The notes beneath the pieces are model-generated. The model worked only from the letters and a program-made list of their open reading frames with translations, was not told the origin of the DNA and ran no database searches. Below, piece by piece: positions 1 to 14,086 of a DNA stretch of 64,000 nt. Numbering within the stretch: the first letter of the stretch is position 1; every line of letters begins with the position of its first letter. A program made the position numbers and the translations under genes. The stretch comes from Sphagnum compactum (taxonomy: Eukaryota): the NCBI GenBank assembly GCA_965153455.1, contig OZ234493.1, positions 16,482,213 to 16,546,212 of the forward strand, given 5' to 3'.

Positions 1-291
1 TTATGTGTTCTCCTTCTTGGACTATAGTATGGTAATGGAACTTCTGGAGGATGAAAAGAGAGCTGAGAACTTGTTAGGGTTTTCTTGTTCAGGCAGTTCG
101 TGGACACGGAGCGAAACGATCCATAGATGAACATGTCGAGGTTTTTTCTTTTCTTTTCTTTTCAGACACCCATTTGGTTTTTTTGTGAAATATAGTCCTG
201 ATATGCTAGAGCATCATACTAGATTGAATTTGGATTTATTAATATTTTTTTAATTTTTTGGGTTTCATTTTTTTTCCTGTTGGAATTCTAG

Positions 292-820
292 GTACCTTTG
301 CCCAATTTTGGAGTTGCAGGAAAGTATGCCTTAGCCCTGTACATAACAACAGTGCGGAAAAATGCTTTGGAGCTTGTTGAGGCAGACCTGCAACAAGTTT
401 GTGGTGCTGCAGAGACCAATCTTTTGTTTGCTGATTTTCACAAGGACCCATCTGTTTTAAAAACAGTCAGGGTGAAAGCAATTGTGGACATTTTCAAGAA
501 CATCAAGTTCAATGATGTCATGGAGAACTTCCTAGGTATGGGATTGTACCTTTATCACACAAACCACTTCTTTTCTGGTCTTCATATAGCCAATTAGGGT
601 TTAAGGACAGCACATAAGCATATGCTTGTTGTGATGTGAAAATAGGAGATAGTTTAAGGGTAAGGGTAAGTCTCTCAGTTTAGTTTTTCCTCAGCTCAAC
701 AGGCCTTTGATGCATGTATTTTGCCTATTTTAGGGACTTACAAAACAAGAGTTGGAAGACATAAAGAATGCAATGAAGGGTTGTTTGAAGCCAGGCCGGA
801 CCCTTAAGATTGAGCAGAAG
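292..820 (+). pseudogene. Mitochondrial ATP synthase subunit O (OSCP/delta family) pseudogene, exons 2 and 4 only
   Basis: Exon 292-535 (AG..GT) reads VPLPNFGVAGKYALALY...DPSVLKTVRVKAI...NFL. Exon 734-820 reads GLTKQELEDIKNAMKGCLKPGRTLKIEQK. Exon 3, present in the other copy, is deleted, which shifts the frame. No final exon was recognised. Confidence 0.85.
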
Positions 821-2473
821 GTAATGTCCTGATGTGCCTAAAATACTGGCTGCATTTTCCCATCTGTACAATTGCACTTTCTGACATCTTGCTCAACTGT
901 CTGCCTACCTATCCTGAATAACTTGAAGCAGCAAATGGGCTTTGTAGATGGCTATTCCTTTCAGACATTTTACTGCCTCATGAACCAGTTCTTAGCATGC
1001 TAGACCCTTCTATTTGTGATGAAGTTGAATGATCTGATAGAATTGATTGCTCTCTCCTTTTTTCCAAAAACCATCTTGAATTGTTCAGGAGGGTTCTTGA
1101 GTATGGAGAATGCAAGAAAAACCAAAATGGTACTGGAAGTTGTCTCTAGGAGGTAAACTCTGTCCAACAAATGAATGAGACTCTCAAAGCAAAACAGTTT
1201 CCTTTCAGGATGTGGTGGAGGTTATGGCCACAAGAAGATCGATGAAGTAAGATGCATTGGTGATGGTGAGGGGAAAGGTGCAAAGCAAAGCCTCTGTGGA
1301 ATCCAAAGACAAGAACCATGACACAGGTGCACTCACAGCACAAAATGTCAATGAGAATGCGGTATACTTGGAGATGACGCAGACCATAAGCACCTATTCT
1401 TCTCTATCACATCTCTAATTTTTGATGAACCAGATGTTTTTCTATGGGAGCGAGGGGAAATTTTTCACAGAATTCTGAGATGTGGTGATGTTGATACCAA
1501 TCTGTCATAGTATCTTTTCTGTGTTCATACAAGGTATCTGAGTGGTATGCTCTCCATAATGTGCAGCAGAGAAGTTCACTATCGTTGATCCCTCTTCTTC
1601 TTTCAACCTGTGAGCCTGATGTTTACTGGCATGTTGCTGCAAGTGGATGTTGGTTTCAATGTACATGAATGGAGAGGCATCTTTGGGTGGAGTTACGAAT
1701 GGAGGGTGATTTTGGGATGGGGTTCTCGTAAGGAGCAAGTCACAGTTTTAAGGCGCAAGGTACTTCCACATTTTGCTTCCCATTCATTGTTTTTTTTGTC
1801 TGACCCAATTGGAAACCCTTATCTTACAGGTTTTTCCATTCTTCTTGCTTCATCCACTCTGCCTTTTCATCTTTGCCTTCTTTTGCATCAAAACTCCCAG
1901 AAACATAACCAGTTGGAGAAACCATCGATATCATGACATCCATCGGTAAATGTTATTTATGTGTGACTGATTTTCTTCTTCCTTCCTACTACCCCAATTG
2001 CTTATGTTTTTCATTGCAGGTGTTCATCTTCAGCGAACTGCTCAACCTGCAAGATTCAGTAGATTGTGAACCCATTGCTAGAATGTATTGTTTTGCTGTA
2101 ATCTAGGTGTCATTTGTACTGGTTGAGAGGGATGGCAAATGGGATCCGAAACTTGGCAAGCTAGCAGTATATGTCCATATCAACATGGAAGATGCAAAGC
2201 ATCCTGTACCACTTGTCACTGTCTACCATCAGCTCCACCCAGTGCTGTCCTTATCATGATACACTTTCTTGCAGGCCATGTTTGGGCAACGGTATTTGGT
2301 CTGAAGCTTTCTTTTCCTTACTCCATGCCTTTGTCTTTGAGTGTGGGTAGATCCATTGTGCTATGGTGAGAATGTCACCAATTCTCATGATTTCATACTT
2401 TTGGCCACCTAAGTCTTAATGCATAGCTGGATGTCTAGTGCTGGAATGTGATGCATTAAAATGCCTTTTTGCA

Positions 2474-2735
2474 AGTCTTCGAAATTCGTCCAGCTATAAC
2501 ACGGGATAAGGGCAAGGCTGTAGATTTTCTGCTAAGTTCACTTGGTGGGTACAACGGCAGCAGAAACCTCACAAAACAACAAACTCATATCCACACAAGG
2601 TTGGCAATGTCAAGTGCATGAATTTTAATACAAATAAGGAAGTTGGTTGTGGTGGACATGGCAGGGCGATCTGATTGCAGGGATGTATTCCCAGTCTATA
2701 TTGGAGATGATCGAATAGATGAATATGCCTTCAAA
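2474..2735 (+). pseudogene. TPP: Trehalose-6-phosphate phosphatase (HAD family) two-exon fragment
   Basis: VFEIRPAITRDKGKAVDFLLSSLG (2474-2544) and GRSDCRDVFPVYIGDDRIDEYAFK (2665-2735) match the plant TPP motifs EIRP..WDKGKA and PxYIGDDRTDEDAFK. The rest of the gene was not recognised. Confidence 0.85.
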
Positions 2736-5700
2736 GTAAGAGGCATTCTACTATATATGGTCTCATCTATCTTGGTTGTGATGTGTATTTATGTGGCTCT
2801 TGTCATCATGTCTGCATTTTCATTCATGAGGGTGGGTTCTTTACTTTGTGCACTTATCCATCTTTCGGGTCTTTGGAGTAAATTAGTCTTAGTTTGGATA
2901 TCATTGTAAGCTGTTGGGTTTGGTCATGTTGAAGACCTCTTGGCTGTTATGGGGCCTAAGAATTGATGCTAAATGGCAGCTTGTGATTGCTCAGAGACAG
3001 GTGTAAGAGCTGCAAAGCAAGTACCACAGCAGCTTTCACCTCAGCAGGCAAAGCATTTGGAGGAAACAACCAGTGATGCATATGTGTTGAGTGCAGTTTT
3101 TCTTTTGTGAGAAATGTATCCCTCAGTGAAGATGATCTGAAGAATGCTGACACATTTGATGTTTCAATGAGCTCATCTCGCTCCATAGTCAAACTTATTC
3201 CAATATGCATTCATTGACTTCATCAAATCTACATGGGTTCCAAACGAGGAAGTCTCATAAAGTCCTTTTGAAATTTCAACCCAAAAATTCACAAGACAAC
3301 ACAACAAAATCTAGGTGGTTTGAAAACTTGGAAATTCCACAGTACAAGAGTGATGTGTGGGAAAGATGTATCTTAAACTTTGACTCTGCACATGGAACTA
3401 CTCCATGTCCCTCACAGCTTGCTTGGACACTCCTCTAACAACATGGGCTTCTTCTCTATACTTATAAAAAAGATATTTGAACTGCTAGTATAGTCCAAGA
3501 TCTGCATGCTCAAGAATTAGACTCTACAGACTTTTGAATCACTCTACTGGAGTCCAAAATATCTGCATGTTTGAGTGTCAGAGCTGATCTTGCCTGCCTT
3601 TTGGCAAGTACTTCCCTTTCCCCCTTTGTGTTTCGTGACTTTTTATTCCCCACCCAAATAACTTCTTGGCCAGGCTTCCTCCCCATACTGAAGGAGGGAA
3701 ACTGATCTGAGCTCATTGGCAACAACAGGGTCTACCACTCCGCGCGAATAGTCCCACAGAGCTTTTAGTGGCTAATCATATTTGGTTTACAGCCATGCAG
3801 TGCAATATTTCCCATGGGTGCAAGCTTTGGATCAAGATTGTACCAGCTAGTGTTGGTCTGGTATAGAGGCTGGCATAGAGGCCTGCACCTGGTATCAATA
3901 ATGGTAGCAAGGACCCTACAAGACTGGTATGACCTGAGGCAACACCAGCCTGGTAAGGACCTGACGTAATACCAGTTTTATAATTAGTTTGAAGATCAGG
4001 GATTTACCAGTGTTGGGTGGTTTTTAGAACAAGGGATAGATATAACATGTAAATTATCAAACTGGGTATACATCCACTTACCTATTGATTCTCAAAATCT
4101 TCAAAAAATTGGTTTTGCTATATAACCCTGGTTCTCCAAAAATACGAAACAGTCAAAGAATCATCTAGAGAACTGTCAACTGGTTCTTTGATGGTTCTTT
4201 CATGAAAACCATTGGTTTTGTAAGGGTTTTGAAACAACCAGAACCAACAGTGTAATTTATTCATAAATCATTCAAAGAACCAGAACTGATGGTTCTTTTA
4301 AAAATTCAAAGAATTGCACCACACAAGCATATCTCTATCTCATACAAGTTAAAAACAGTCTTGAACCCAATACCAGGACCAGGCTAGATTGTTCAAAAGT
4401 GGATACCAAACAAATTTTATTTTTCCTTCATGTGTAGATGGGAAATGCATGAAAGCGTCCCACAAATATATATACATTGAAAGACGAATTAGGAAACCAA
4501 CTTGTACTTAGCAGGTGGACCTAAACTAACTAACTCACTTGCAATTGTGCAAAATACACTTTTGTTGTGAGCCCTTTTCCAGCTCAAGTGTATGCATGAA
4601 ATACACATGATGTGTTAGTTAGCTTTGGCCAAAAAATAGAAAACCTCACTTTTGCTGGGGAATGAGCATGGCACCATTACAGAAAAAGGGAACTGTAAAA
4701 GGGAGGACAATGGAACATACCTTTGTCACCCACCAAGTTTTATTAATAGGGTAGCAGATTCAAGCAAGGAATTGACATGTAATGTGGTGATGATCGTGGA
4801 CAACTTGGAGATGCTTGATTGTAAAAGCAAGTGCTCTTTTTTCATCTAGATGTTTTAGATCAGGTTCATTGGCAATAGTGTAATGGTCTGCAAATATTAA
4901 TTTGGATGAAGTTTAACCCCTAAACATTAGGGCTGACCAATTTGATCTGCTAAATTGGTCTGCTTTTGAGTGTATTGTTGTGTTTCCCTGACATTTAGGG
5001 GTTAAGCTTAAATAATATGTAACAAAATTTGGACATGTAAAATATGCAAAAAAAACTATGCTCTATTAAATTGTTCTTAAAAAAGGTATGATTGGCTATG
5101 ATGGCCTAGTCACAATGATTGGCCCTGTGGTGACATTTAACTTGTTGTTTAAGATGTTTAAGAGTTGAGCAAATAACTTGTAGATTATGTTGAATGTTAT
5201 AAATATTTGCAAAGGCTCACATATTGGATGTGCATAGATATGTTGTTACAAAGGTCAATTAATCAATGAAATGATGTTTTGAACCATCTATAGGTTACAT
5301 TCATTTGAACTTTTGTTACTGTCATTCCCCACTTATGTTGAGCAAAGAATTTGGTTTATATTTTAGTCGTTTAACCATAAACTAGAAAAATTATACTAAC
5401 TGCTGAGTATTATTTAATCCATAGACTCGACAATGTGTCATTGATTGCTCAAATGTCGATTGCAGGTCCCACCACTGGATATGGTCGGTTGGTCACAAGT
5501 TTGAGAATAATGGCCCCGCACCTAACAATGCTTATATTTCAATAGGCCAACCTTGACACATGAAACACCCAAACTATAAGCTCTTTGAGCAACTAGCTTT
5601 GCAAGAAACTTGGCATTTCTCCCAAGCAAGCAAGAATGTGTAAATTGATGGTTGACAACACTTGAATTGAAAGATGCAAAATTTGCAAACACCTACAGAA

Positions 5701-5856
5701 CAATCTGTTACAAACAAGCACTTCTTGTTACAATCAAGCCTATCTTGTTCTGTTTTCACCTGGAAAGGCAATCAACTGTCTGAAAGGGGTGTTCATTAAA
5801 CAGGGTTTCAAGTTTGAGGCTTTGAAGCTTGAACTATCATTTATATGTCACACTTG

Positions 5857-6271
5857 TGTTGGGATGGGCGGTTATTAGAAATGCCATTAAATGACAGGCA
5901 ATTTTCAAAGTGGTATATCTGGAGTTCTCAGAAAATCAAGGACCAATCCTGATATATAACCCAAGTTATGGAAAAATAAAGTAAAATTTGATATATGAGA
6001 GTGACTCTCAAGGTATTTAAGAACTGGTCAAATACCCTTCTATAAAACTGTCAATTTCTTTCATAAACCCACTGGTTCCTTGAGGGGTTTTGAAAAAGCT
6101 AGAACCTGGGGTTCTTTAATTCTGAAATTTTTTAATTAATAATAATTTTTAAAAAACAACAGCAACAACAATAGAGCCAGAGGTTTTTTGTTTCTTTCCA
6201 AATATTTTCAGAAAAAAAAAAAAAAAAACTTGAACCATAGGTTTTTCTTAAAATCAAACAACGGCCCAACA
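5857..6271. mobile_element. Degenerate MITE-like repeat (related pieces at ~4008-4330 and ~7620-7800)
   Basis: Short inverted ends gtgttggg...cccaacac. Internal motifs (ctggttctttga, agaacc, tatataaccc) are shared among the three regions. No clear TSD. Confidence 0.35.
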
Positions 6272-9200
6272 CCCATTCACACTTTCCTCTTGTTTCAAGT
6301 GCCATCAAAAAGCGTTGATGAAATAATTAGGCCAGTCCTCCAAGGGCCAAGCCTTTGGTTTTTAAGTGTAGGGTAAAGCCCAAGGCCAAGCCCATCACTG
6401 AAATGAGCACAAGCCTGATTGTGGTAATGATCTTGCCCGTGTGCTTTACATGGTGTACAATTTGATGCAACTTGTAAAGCAGGCGACTTTGTGTTTTTCA
6501 TAAATCATGTTGTGAAAACAAAATGCCCACTTGGGGGCAGAAGGATAATATAACATGTCCTCCAATTACAATATATGAATTATCAGAGTTTTTTAGAGAA
6601 TAGAGAAATTTGTAAAGTGAAGAAAACAAAATATGAGTACACTGAGTTTTGGTCAGATTTTAAATAATAATAATAATAATACATTGCATTTAAACTAGAA
6701 GTGAAGACATGGTGAAACTTATTAGATACTTTGATATTAGGTTGAACAACCCTGATTTAATTATAAAATTCACATAATTATTTCAAGCATTGTGCATTAC
6801 ATATTTTGATATTAAGTTTCAGCCCTGATTTAATATAAAAATTCACTTTCTGAATAAGAAAGTTTGCAATTGAAATAGGTGTAGGGGGATGAAAGAAGGA
6901 CCAAAAGGCAAAGGTCACTTTACAAATTTTGCAAATATCAACTTCCTCTAAGCAAGCACCCACAATGAAAATATTAAATGTTTCTGACCCCTTTAAATGG
7001 CAGACCTTGGTATATGGACTTTTGTAACATGTAAGTTGCCAATTGAGCAATTTAACAAAGCACATCATTAATGTACCATTGGATTCATGCTTGTAGTATT
7101 ACACTAATATTACACTAACATGCACAAGAAGCATTACTAAACAACACTAGGAACCATAAAAATAGAGTGGGTTTTTTGCAGAAGGAAAACATATATTATG
7201 TGTACCTTATTTTTAAAATGAAAATTCACTGAACCAAGTCAAGTTTTAAATTTTTCATTTGTATAATTGGTTGGTGTGAAATATAAAAACTATGGAGAAA
7301 ATTTTCTATGTTATTTGAGGGACCTGATTATAGGCAATAGCTAGTTCCCACTATGGGGTTTTTAAGCTGAAGAACCCACTCAAGGAGGGTTATCTGAAAG
7401 ATTGCATCTCAACCATTGATTTACGTCAATCTCAGCCGTCTCATGAGGGTTAGGGTGAACCAGCAGCTACACGGGTAGCTTCACCTTCTCCAGTGAGGCC
7501 ATATTTAACCTAGGAAAGGTTAAGTTTGGAGTTAGAGAACCCTGATTTTGCCTTAAGATGAGATACTTATAATATTTAGAACCAAATAAATTTAAGATTT
7601 GGTGGTTTCTAGTTTTTACCAATGTTGGGTGGTTCTTTGATTTTGTTATAGCCTTTGGTTTGGGGTTTTTGAAATTATCCAATTTAAATAGGCGGCTTTT
7701 CCGCAAGACTGGCAAAGGTCAAGGTAGGTTCTTTTACCGGTTCTTTGATTTTTTTGAGAACCACAGTTATGGGTCAAAATGATTCTTTGATTTTCGAGTA
7801 GCGCCTCTCACAAGTCCATACAAGCCCATCTATACTTAGCCCAACAGACAAAGATTCTTCTACCCACAAAGAAAAGATAGTTATTCAAACAAAACCCCCA
7901 ATCTAGCCCCCAAATCTGGGAAGAATTTGGAGAAGAGATCGAAGAAGATTTTTGTTGACTCTATATCATTCACTAGATGCCCTACAATCAACCAAAGTTT
8001 TTTTTTTTTTTTCTTCCAACTTTTTGGTGTAGCCCATGTGGTAATAATCCATAAGATGATTTAGCCAAATTTGGCTATAAATAAAATATGATAGTAAAAA
8101 AAAATTAAGCATTTTATTACAAATGTTGATGTAGAATTTAGTGATTTTTTGGTGTTGCCCGTATTGGTTATAATTTTCAACAAACCCCATCGATCCATTC
8201 CTTTTACTTTTCACTCTCCACCCATCACCACTTTCAACTGGAAGAAAAGAGCATCCAAAAATAATCATAATTATCTTGGCCAATAATCCATAAAGTAGGC
8301 AATTTAGGGGGTTCCTAGCCTAAGTTGGGCATGAGTGACAAAATGGTTGATGCAGGTGTGATGAAGGAAAATAATAGTGAGTCAAATTTGAAAACCCATT
8401 GAAATTAATAGTTGTTCATGTTTGATCTTGTGTCTTGTGTTTCCTTTGGCAATGGTGGTGAGGCCTTATGTTTGTGTTTGTGATTTGGAACAACCATAGT
8501 GACATGATTGATTTGCGATTTGGAGCAATGTGGATGAAATTTTACATTTGCAATTTGGAGCAATGGTGGTGAGGTTTTGTGTTTTAGTTGTGATTTGAAA
8601 CAACAATGGTAAGGTTTTGTGTTTTTGCAATATGTGTGTCCCAATTTTGTGTGTTAACTTATGGTAGAAATGTGTGCGTGCGCAAAGGTTTTTAGAAAGA
8701 GAAAGTTGGGAGAGAAGTTGTTTAGTTTTGGGTTATGGGAGAATAGTTTTGCTTCATGCCAAGTTTCAAATGTTGGTCCTAGGTGTGGAATCTTTGCAAT
8801 AAAGTTTGAATCTTGTAATAAAATTTGAAAAAATTAATTGTTTTTACAAAGAATGATTAGTCACAACAAACTTACTTGTTGTCTCAACTATGGATCCTAG
8901 CTGTAATCCAATATTACTAATCTTCTTGCAAATACGTAGCCTCCCCCAACTTGTCTTATGCTTGTTGAGAATTTTTGCTTTTACAAAAAAAAATGTGCAA
9001 CATTATCAAATGCAAACAAACATCCTTCTCACACATTTATTAACCAATTCTTATAAATTATCACATGAGCATCCAAATTCAAAATTTCAAGATGACATTA
9101 TTATGAGCTAATCAAAAAAATCACAATTGATTAAACAAAATTTCAATTTCAATTTGCAATTTAAGAATCCTTAAAATTTGTAAGGCAAAGAATGACACAT

Positions 9201-12200
9201 TCAAAGACCTCTCCACATGCTCCTTCCAACAAGTCAAAGGTTTCATTGCCTATGCATTCACAATAACAATGTGATGAAATACTCATAATTCAAAGGCCAT
9301 TATTGCATTGCTAACTTTGTTAACCAATGCCACAACATAAAAAATGGAGTTTACAATCAAATAATATGTAGGTTAAGGTGTGTTGGTGTTAGGAATTGGT
9401 TTCAAGAACCCATCAACCTTTACATGCATCAATATCTTGACCTTCTTGTCATATTCCAATATAAGACCTTAGTATTGTCCTTGCCCACAAACTTGATAAT
9501 ACGTTGTACTTTATAGGCTCTTGCAAATACGTGGGGTAAATAACATTAGAGTCAATATTTCATGCACTTTGTTGCTTTCAAAAGCACATGTAGACCAAAG
9601 GAAAGATTATAGAACATTCACCACCTCTATTGTCATCCAAACATAAAAGAATTTATAGCTCCAAGTTAGATTCCCCACAACAAATATAGGTGGTTGCGCC
9701 TCATTCAATGATTGCGCTCACCTTGCAACTTAATATTAATGGAATTAATTTGTGACATTCAACAAATAAAATAGGAACCAATATCCAAATGATTGGTTGA
9801 GTACACATTGTTGTACAAAAGGTGTGAATGTTTTTGTTATAACTCAACGAATTGCCCATGTTAGCCCACTTTGCACTTGTAATTAAAGACTATTTGTGGG
9901 AACAAATATTTATTGCATCTACATATTCAAGGTTTCCCTTTAAGAATACAAGCTTGTTAACAAAATGAGTCTTAATAAAAGTCTCTAATTTCTTGACAAG
10001 CAACCTTACTCTTTGCATATCTTGTCCCCCTTTTGCCTTTTTTTCATGACTTCTTAGCCAAAGTGATATTCTTTTACAAGGGTTATTGTGTCATCTTCAA
10101 AGAGACCTCTTTTATACCAACACATAGTTTTGTGTTTTTTGTTGCATATTGGCAAGACTTGTTTATCACATGCCCAAAACACCAATTTGCAAAGGGTGTT
10201 GCAAGTTGCAATGGGGCACACAATGTACTACAAAAGACAATGTTGTGGCAAGACTATTATTTAAGTTGGATCCCTCATCGTTTACATTTGTTATTATAAT
10301 GAAAAAATGGTAAATTAGACCCCAAAAAATACCAACTAAAATGCAGTTTTTAAATATGGAAAATTTCAACATAAACATAAGAAAGTAAATTCAAATCATT
10401 TTAAAGTGTCATTATGAAAATGTCTATGATTCCATTGAGTTTAATGCTAGTTGAATACAAAATTTGAATTGTAGTGTAGTAAAAATAAGTAACAAGTACA
10501 CCTGAAACTAATTGGTGAATATTGCATTTTTTCATACTTTTACATTAGAAGTTTAATGCATTTTGATAATAATAGGAAAAAGATGGAAGTTTACAAGTAC
10601 ATTGTAGTGCACCATTAACTTGAAAGTAGGAAAAATCTAATATTTCTTGTACTTGCAACATATCTTAGCTTACATGTAGTGAGCTCTTCAACCCCTCGAG
10701 CACCTTGTGTTTCCCCCTCCCCACCCATAAATAAGAAAAAATTAATGTGACAATGTAGGATGGGATTTTGGTGATCGTCATTGTGAAATTTTTAAGTCAC
10801 TCTGAATTATAATTCGTCATAGATCAAATTTCATTTTAGAATCATTTCTTGTTGTTTTTTTTTTTGGGCAACTTTTCAATGTTTTTGTATGTTTGTATCT
10901 TGTTGTTTATCTTACACCCTTTCAATGTTTTTTTCTTGGAGCCTATTTGTATCTTGTTGTGAACTTATATAATGAATCAGACATTTTGACAAGAATGAAA
11001 ATAAAAATAAAAATGAACAAAATGATATATAGTGAAATTTATAAAATTTATCTTTTGAAAAGACAAAATTGATTACAACAAAATTATTATGTCCACAAAA
11101 AATAATTTAATCATTGTCACTGGGTTGTGCAAAGTAAGTGGAGCCCAAATGGATAAATATAAAGTGAAAGTCAACTTGAATATCACCATTTGGGGCAATC
11201 ATGATTACGGTTGACTAATAAAGAAAACAATGAAAAACAATTTTTTTTGAATTAATGCATTCTTCTTCTAAGGACCTAAAATATGTGCATATTTTCATGT
11301 CCAATGCAATTTATTAATGAATCCATTAAATTTGATTGTTGTAAATATACATTTATTTCAAAAAGTTTAATAATTCCTACTTTTAGTCACATATTTATTT
11401 GTATTTGAAACAATTGTTTTTTTATTAATGTACATTGTCATGGAAATAACAAATATACTTCATGAAGGAAATTCAAAGTCACTAAATTATTTTGCACATT
11501 TGTGAATTAAAACCAAAATCTTGTCTAAGTGCAAGCATGGCAAAATAAACAACTCATTTATCCTTGTCACAAAAAAATATAAATAACCATTAAATAACTT
11601 TGATGTATTGAAAGTAAAAATATTATTTTATTATTGAAGAACCCCATATTGAAATATCTCTTTTACAAGATGGGTTGTAAATAAATGAAATATTGATTCA
11701 AAAAATATTCAAGTTAATTGAGGCTTAAAAACTACTTATGTATTATCAATTTATGCATATTGTAATCATAATATGTCAAACTTCTGATGTAATTTAGTAA
11801 TTTTGAACATTATTGACCAATTAATCTGAAACTTACTTGTAAATTATTTTGATCATATTATTTTTTTTCAAACTTTGTGTTCAACTTACCTTAATAGAGA
11901 AACCAATGATTTCATATTTTTATTTGTAAATTTTAGAATCTATTTCATTATTTATATAATAAATTCTCATTTTAAAATTAGAATATGGGCAAACTTTTTT
12001 AATTTGTGGGTTTTGCATGCTTTCACATGTCTGCAACAAGTACTTTTGAAACCAAGTTCGGTTTTCTCTTGTGCCCTTGGTGACACAAATAATGCATAGA
12101 AAAAAAAAGTGATATAGATTATACAAAACATCATTTGAAAAGTTTTGTTTGGTTGTAACTTGTTCACACCAACCTCACAATCAATGGAAAAGAAGGCGTG

Positions 12201-12777
12201 AAAATTCCAGATAATGTAATTCCTCATTTCGTATTTACAAGTATGCAAGGAACATCAAATCCGTGAAAAAATATTCAATAGAAATACCAACATGAAGATT
12301 GCTACCATAACATAAGTTCAATTTCTCTAAAAAGATAAGATTTCATTATTTGGATAATATGGTTGCTAATTCCACAAATACATAACTTCCAAGGTCCAAC
12401 CCCTCTACTTGTTCTAATCAAACTTACTTCCCTAAATTGACATGAACGAATATATGAATGTGTAGACTTTGTCTTCTTTGTTTACAAACTTACATTTCAA
12501 TATTAGTTCTCTCAAGTGGAGTTTTGTTTATTGATTAAAAAGGAAATGGTCAAGGTGCATTAGAAAAACATTATTTTGAAACTAAAATAAAAGAGATATG
12601 TAGATAGATACGTATCTCACATTGTCACGTGAGGACTCTTCTTTTGCAACCATTCATGCATTGGTTTTTGTACTTATCAAAAGGTTTTGTTCTATTGAGA
12701 CAAAAGCAAAAGCCTCATACTTGGAACAATAAAATGCCCCAAACCTGGAAAATCCCACTTTCTGAAGAACACGGAAA

Positions 12778-12893
12778 AAGAATTCCTTGAGTAACTCGAG
12801 CACCTTTAGTGGAGGACCCACATCTTAGGACGAGCATTTAAGAATTCCTTGAGTAACTTGAGCACCTTTAGAGGAGGACCCACATATCTTAGG
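12778..12893. repeat. ~62-bp direct tandem duplication
   Basis: aagaattccttgagtaact(c/t)gagcaccttta...ggacccacat..cttagg occurs twice in tandem. Confidence 0.85.
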
Positions 12894-13471
12894 CCGTGCA
12901 TTTTACGCGAGATAGGGTTGTCAAAAACGTGTCAACATGTATGCTCACACTTTCTCCCATTTTGCTCCTTGTCCATCACAAATTGGAGAGAGAACGTCTC
13001 CCAATGGTCCACCCCAATGAGGGATTGGAGACAACCAGTAAGTAAGTAGTTGCAAACTTGTCATCTCATCCAAATGCTTGTTTCAAGTACTAAGGAATTT
13101 TTTTTAAAAGCACAAAACCCAAAGACCCATTCCAAGCGGCCGGATTTCCTTCACCAAAATCCCATTCCATCATATTCTCTCCACATGTGTAGGGTCACAA
13201 ACCAATGTAATAATAAGTGGTCCCAACTCTATGGTTTTTGGTTTAGGCCTATTTTTGCATGATGGTAGTAGGGTCACAAATTGTAGTAGTGGGGCCCCCA
13301 ATCACCTTTGTTTTCCTTAGGATAATATTTAATTTCACTATAAATTAGGCTACATATAAATATTTATGGCATGGAACAGGACACGAATCCATGGGCTTCC
13401 ATAAATACCACACTGGAAAAAAAACAAAACAAAATCTAACAGACTAATTATCCTAGACTTTCTGACATCTC

Positions 13472-14086
13472 TTGTTGGTCTCGCCTACCAAGGCAAGGAT
13501 GTTGTGACTAGATTCATTACAGAGTATAGTAGCTTAAGGGATTTTGGTCCCTAGGTAATAATAGGTCTATTTTTATGTGAGGATTTCTGAAAGATGATAT
13601 TTTGGCTTGTGTTGAAACTTGAGATTAGTTATAGAGTTACAATATATTGAAGGATTTTGGTTTCTTTTAGACAATTTTTTCAAGATTATATATTTGCATG
13701 GTGAAATATGTGAGTTTTCATAATTCTTCTTTTGCATTAAGATAATTTAAAATGTAAATGGCAAGGCCACAGTGTGACACACCCCTGTTTTTATTGGCCT
13801 CGCCTACCAAGGCAAGGATGTTGAGATTCATTATAGAGTATAGTAGCTGAAGGGATTTTGGCCCGTAGGGAAGAGGTCTATTTTTATAGGAGGGATTTTT
13901 GAAAGATGATATTTTGGCTTGTGTTGAAACTTGAGATTAGTTATAGAGTTATAAAATCTTGAAGGATTTTGGTCTCTTTTAGAGGATTTTTTTGAAGATT
14001 ATATTTTTGCATGGTGAAATATTTGAGTTTCCTTAATTCTTCATTTGCCTTCAGATAAATGGCAAGGCCACAGTGACACACCCCTT
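13472..14086 (+). mobile_element. Head-to-tail dimer of a ~310-bp Helentron/DINE-like non-autonomous element
   Basis: Two copies (13472-13786, 13794-14086). Each has a 5' tggyctcgcc with an adjacent inverted repeat (ctcgcct-acca-aggcaag) and a 3' sub-terminal inverse ggcaaggcca. This is followed by a small palindrome (gtgtg-a-cacac in copy 1) and T-rich flanks. A third copy is at 56713-57029. Confidence 0.6.

Larger units (their letters stand above)
1..2990 (+). repeat. Segmental duplicate module A (inverted copy at ~41323-44576)
   Basis: Reverse complement of 41323-44576 matches from base 1 (ttatgtgttctccttcttggactatag) to ...atggcagcttgtgattgc at 2990. Paired ORFs such as 2139..2369(+) / 41945..42175(-) and 1610..1936(+) / 42377..42709(-) are near-identical. 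Confidence 0.95.

Noticed and set aside
8830-10300. Possible decayed retroelement coding sequence (also ~17400-19300, ~28150-28900, ~38650-39000)
   Set aside because: It looks like eroded coding DNA, but I could not read a diagnostic motif.
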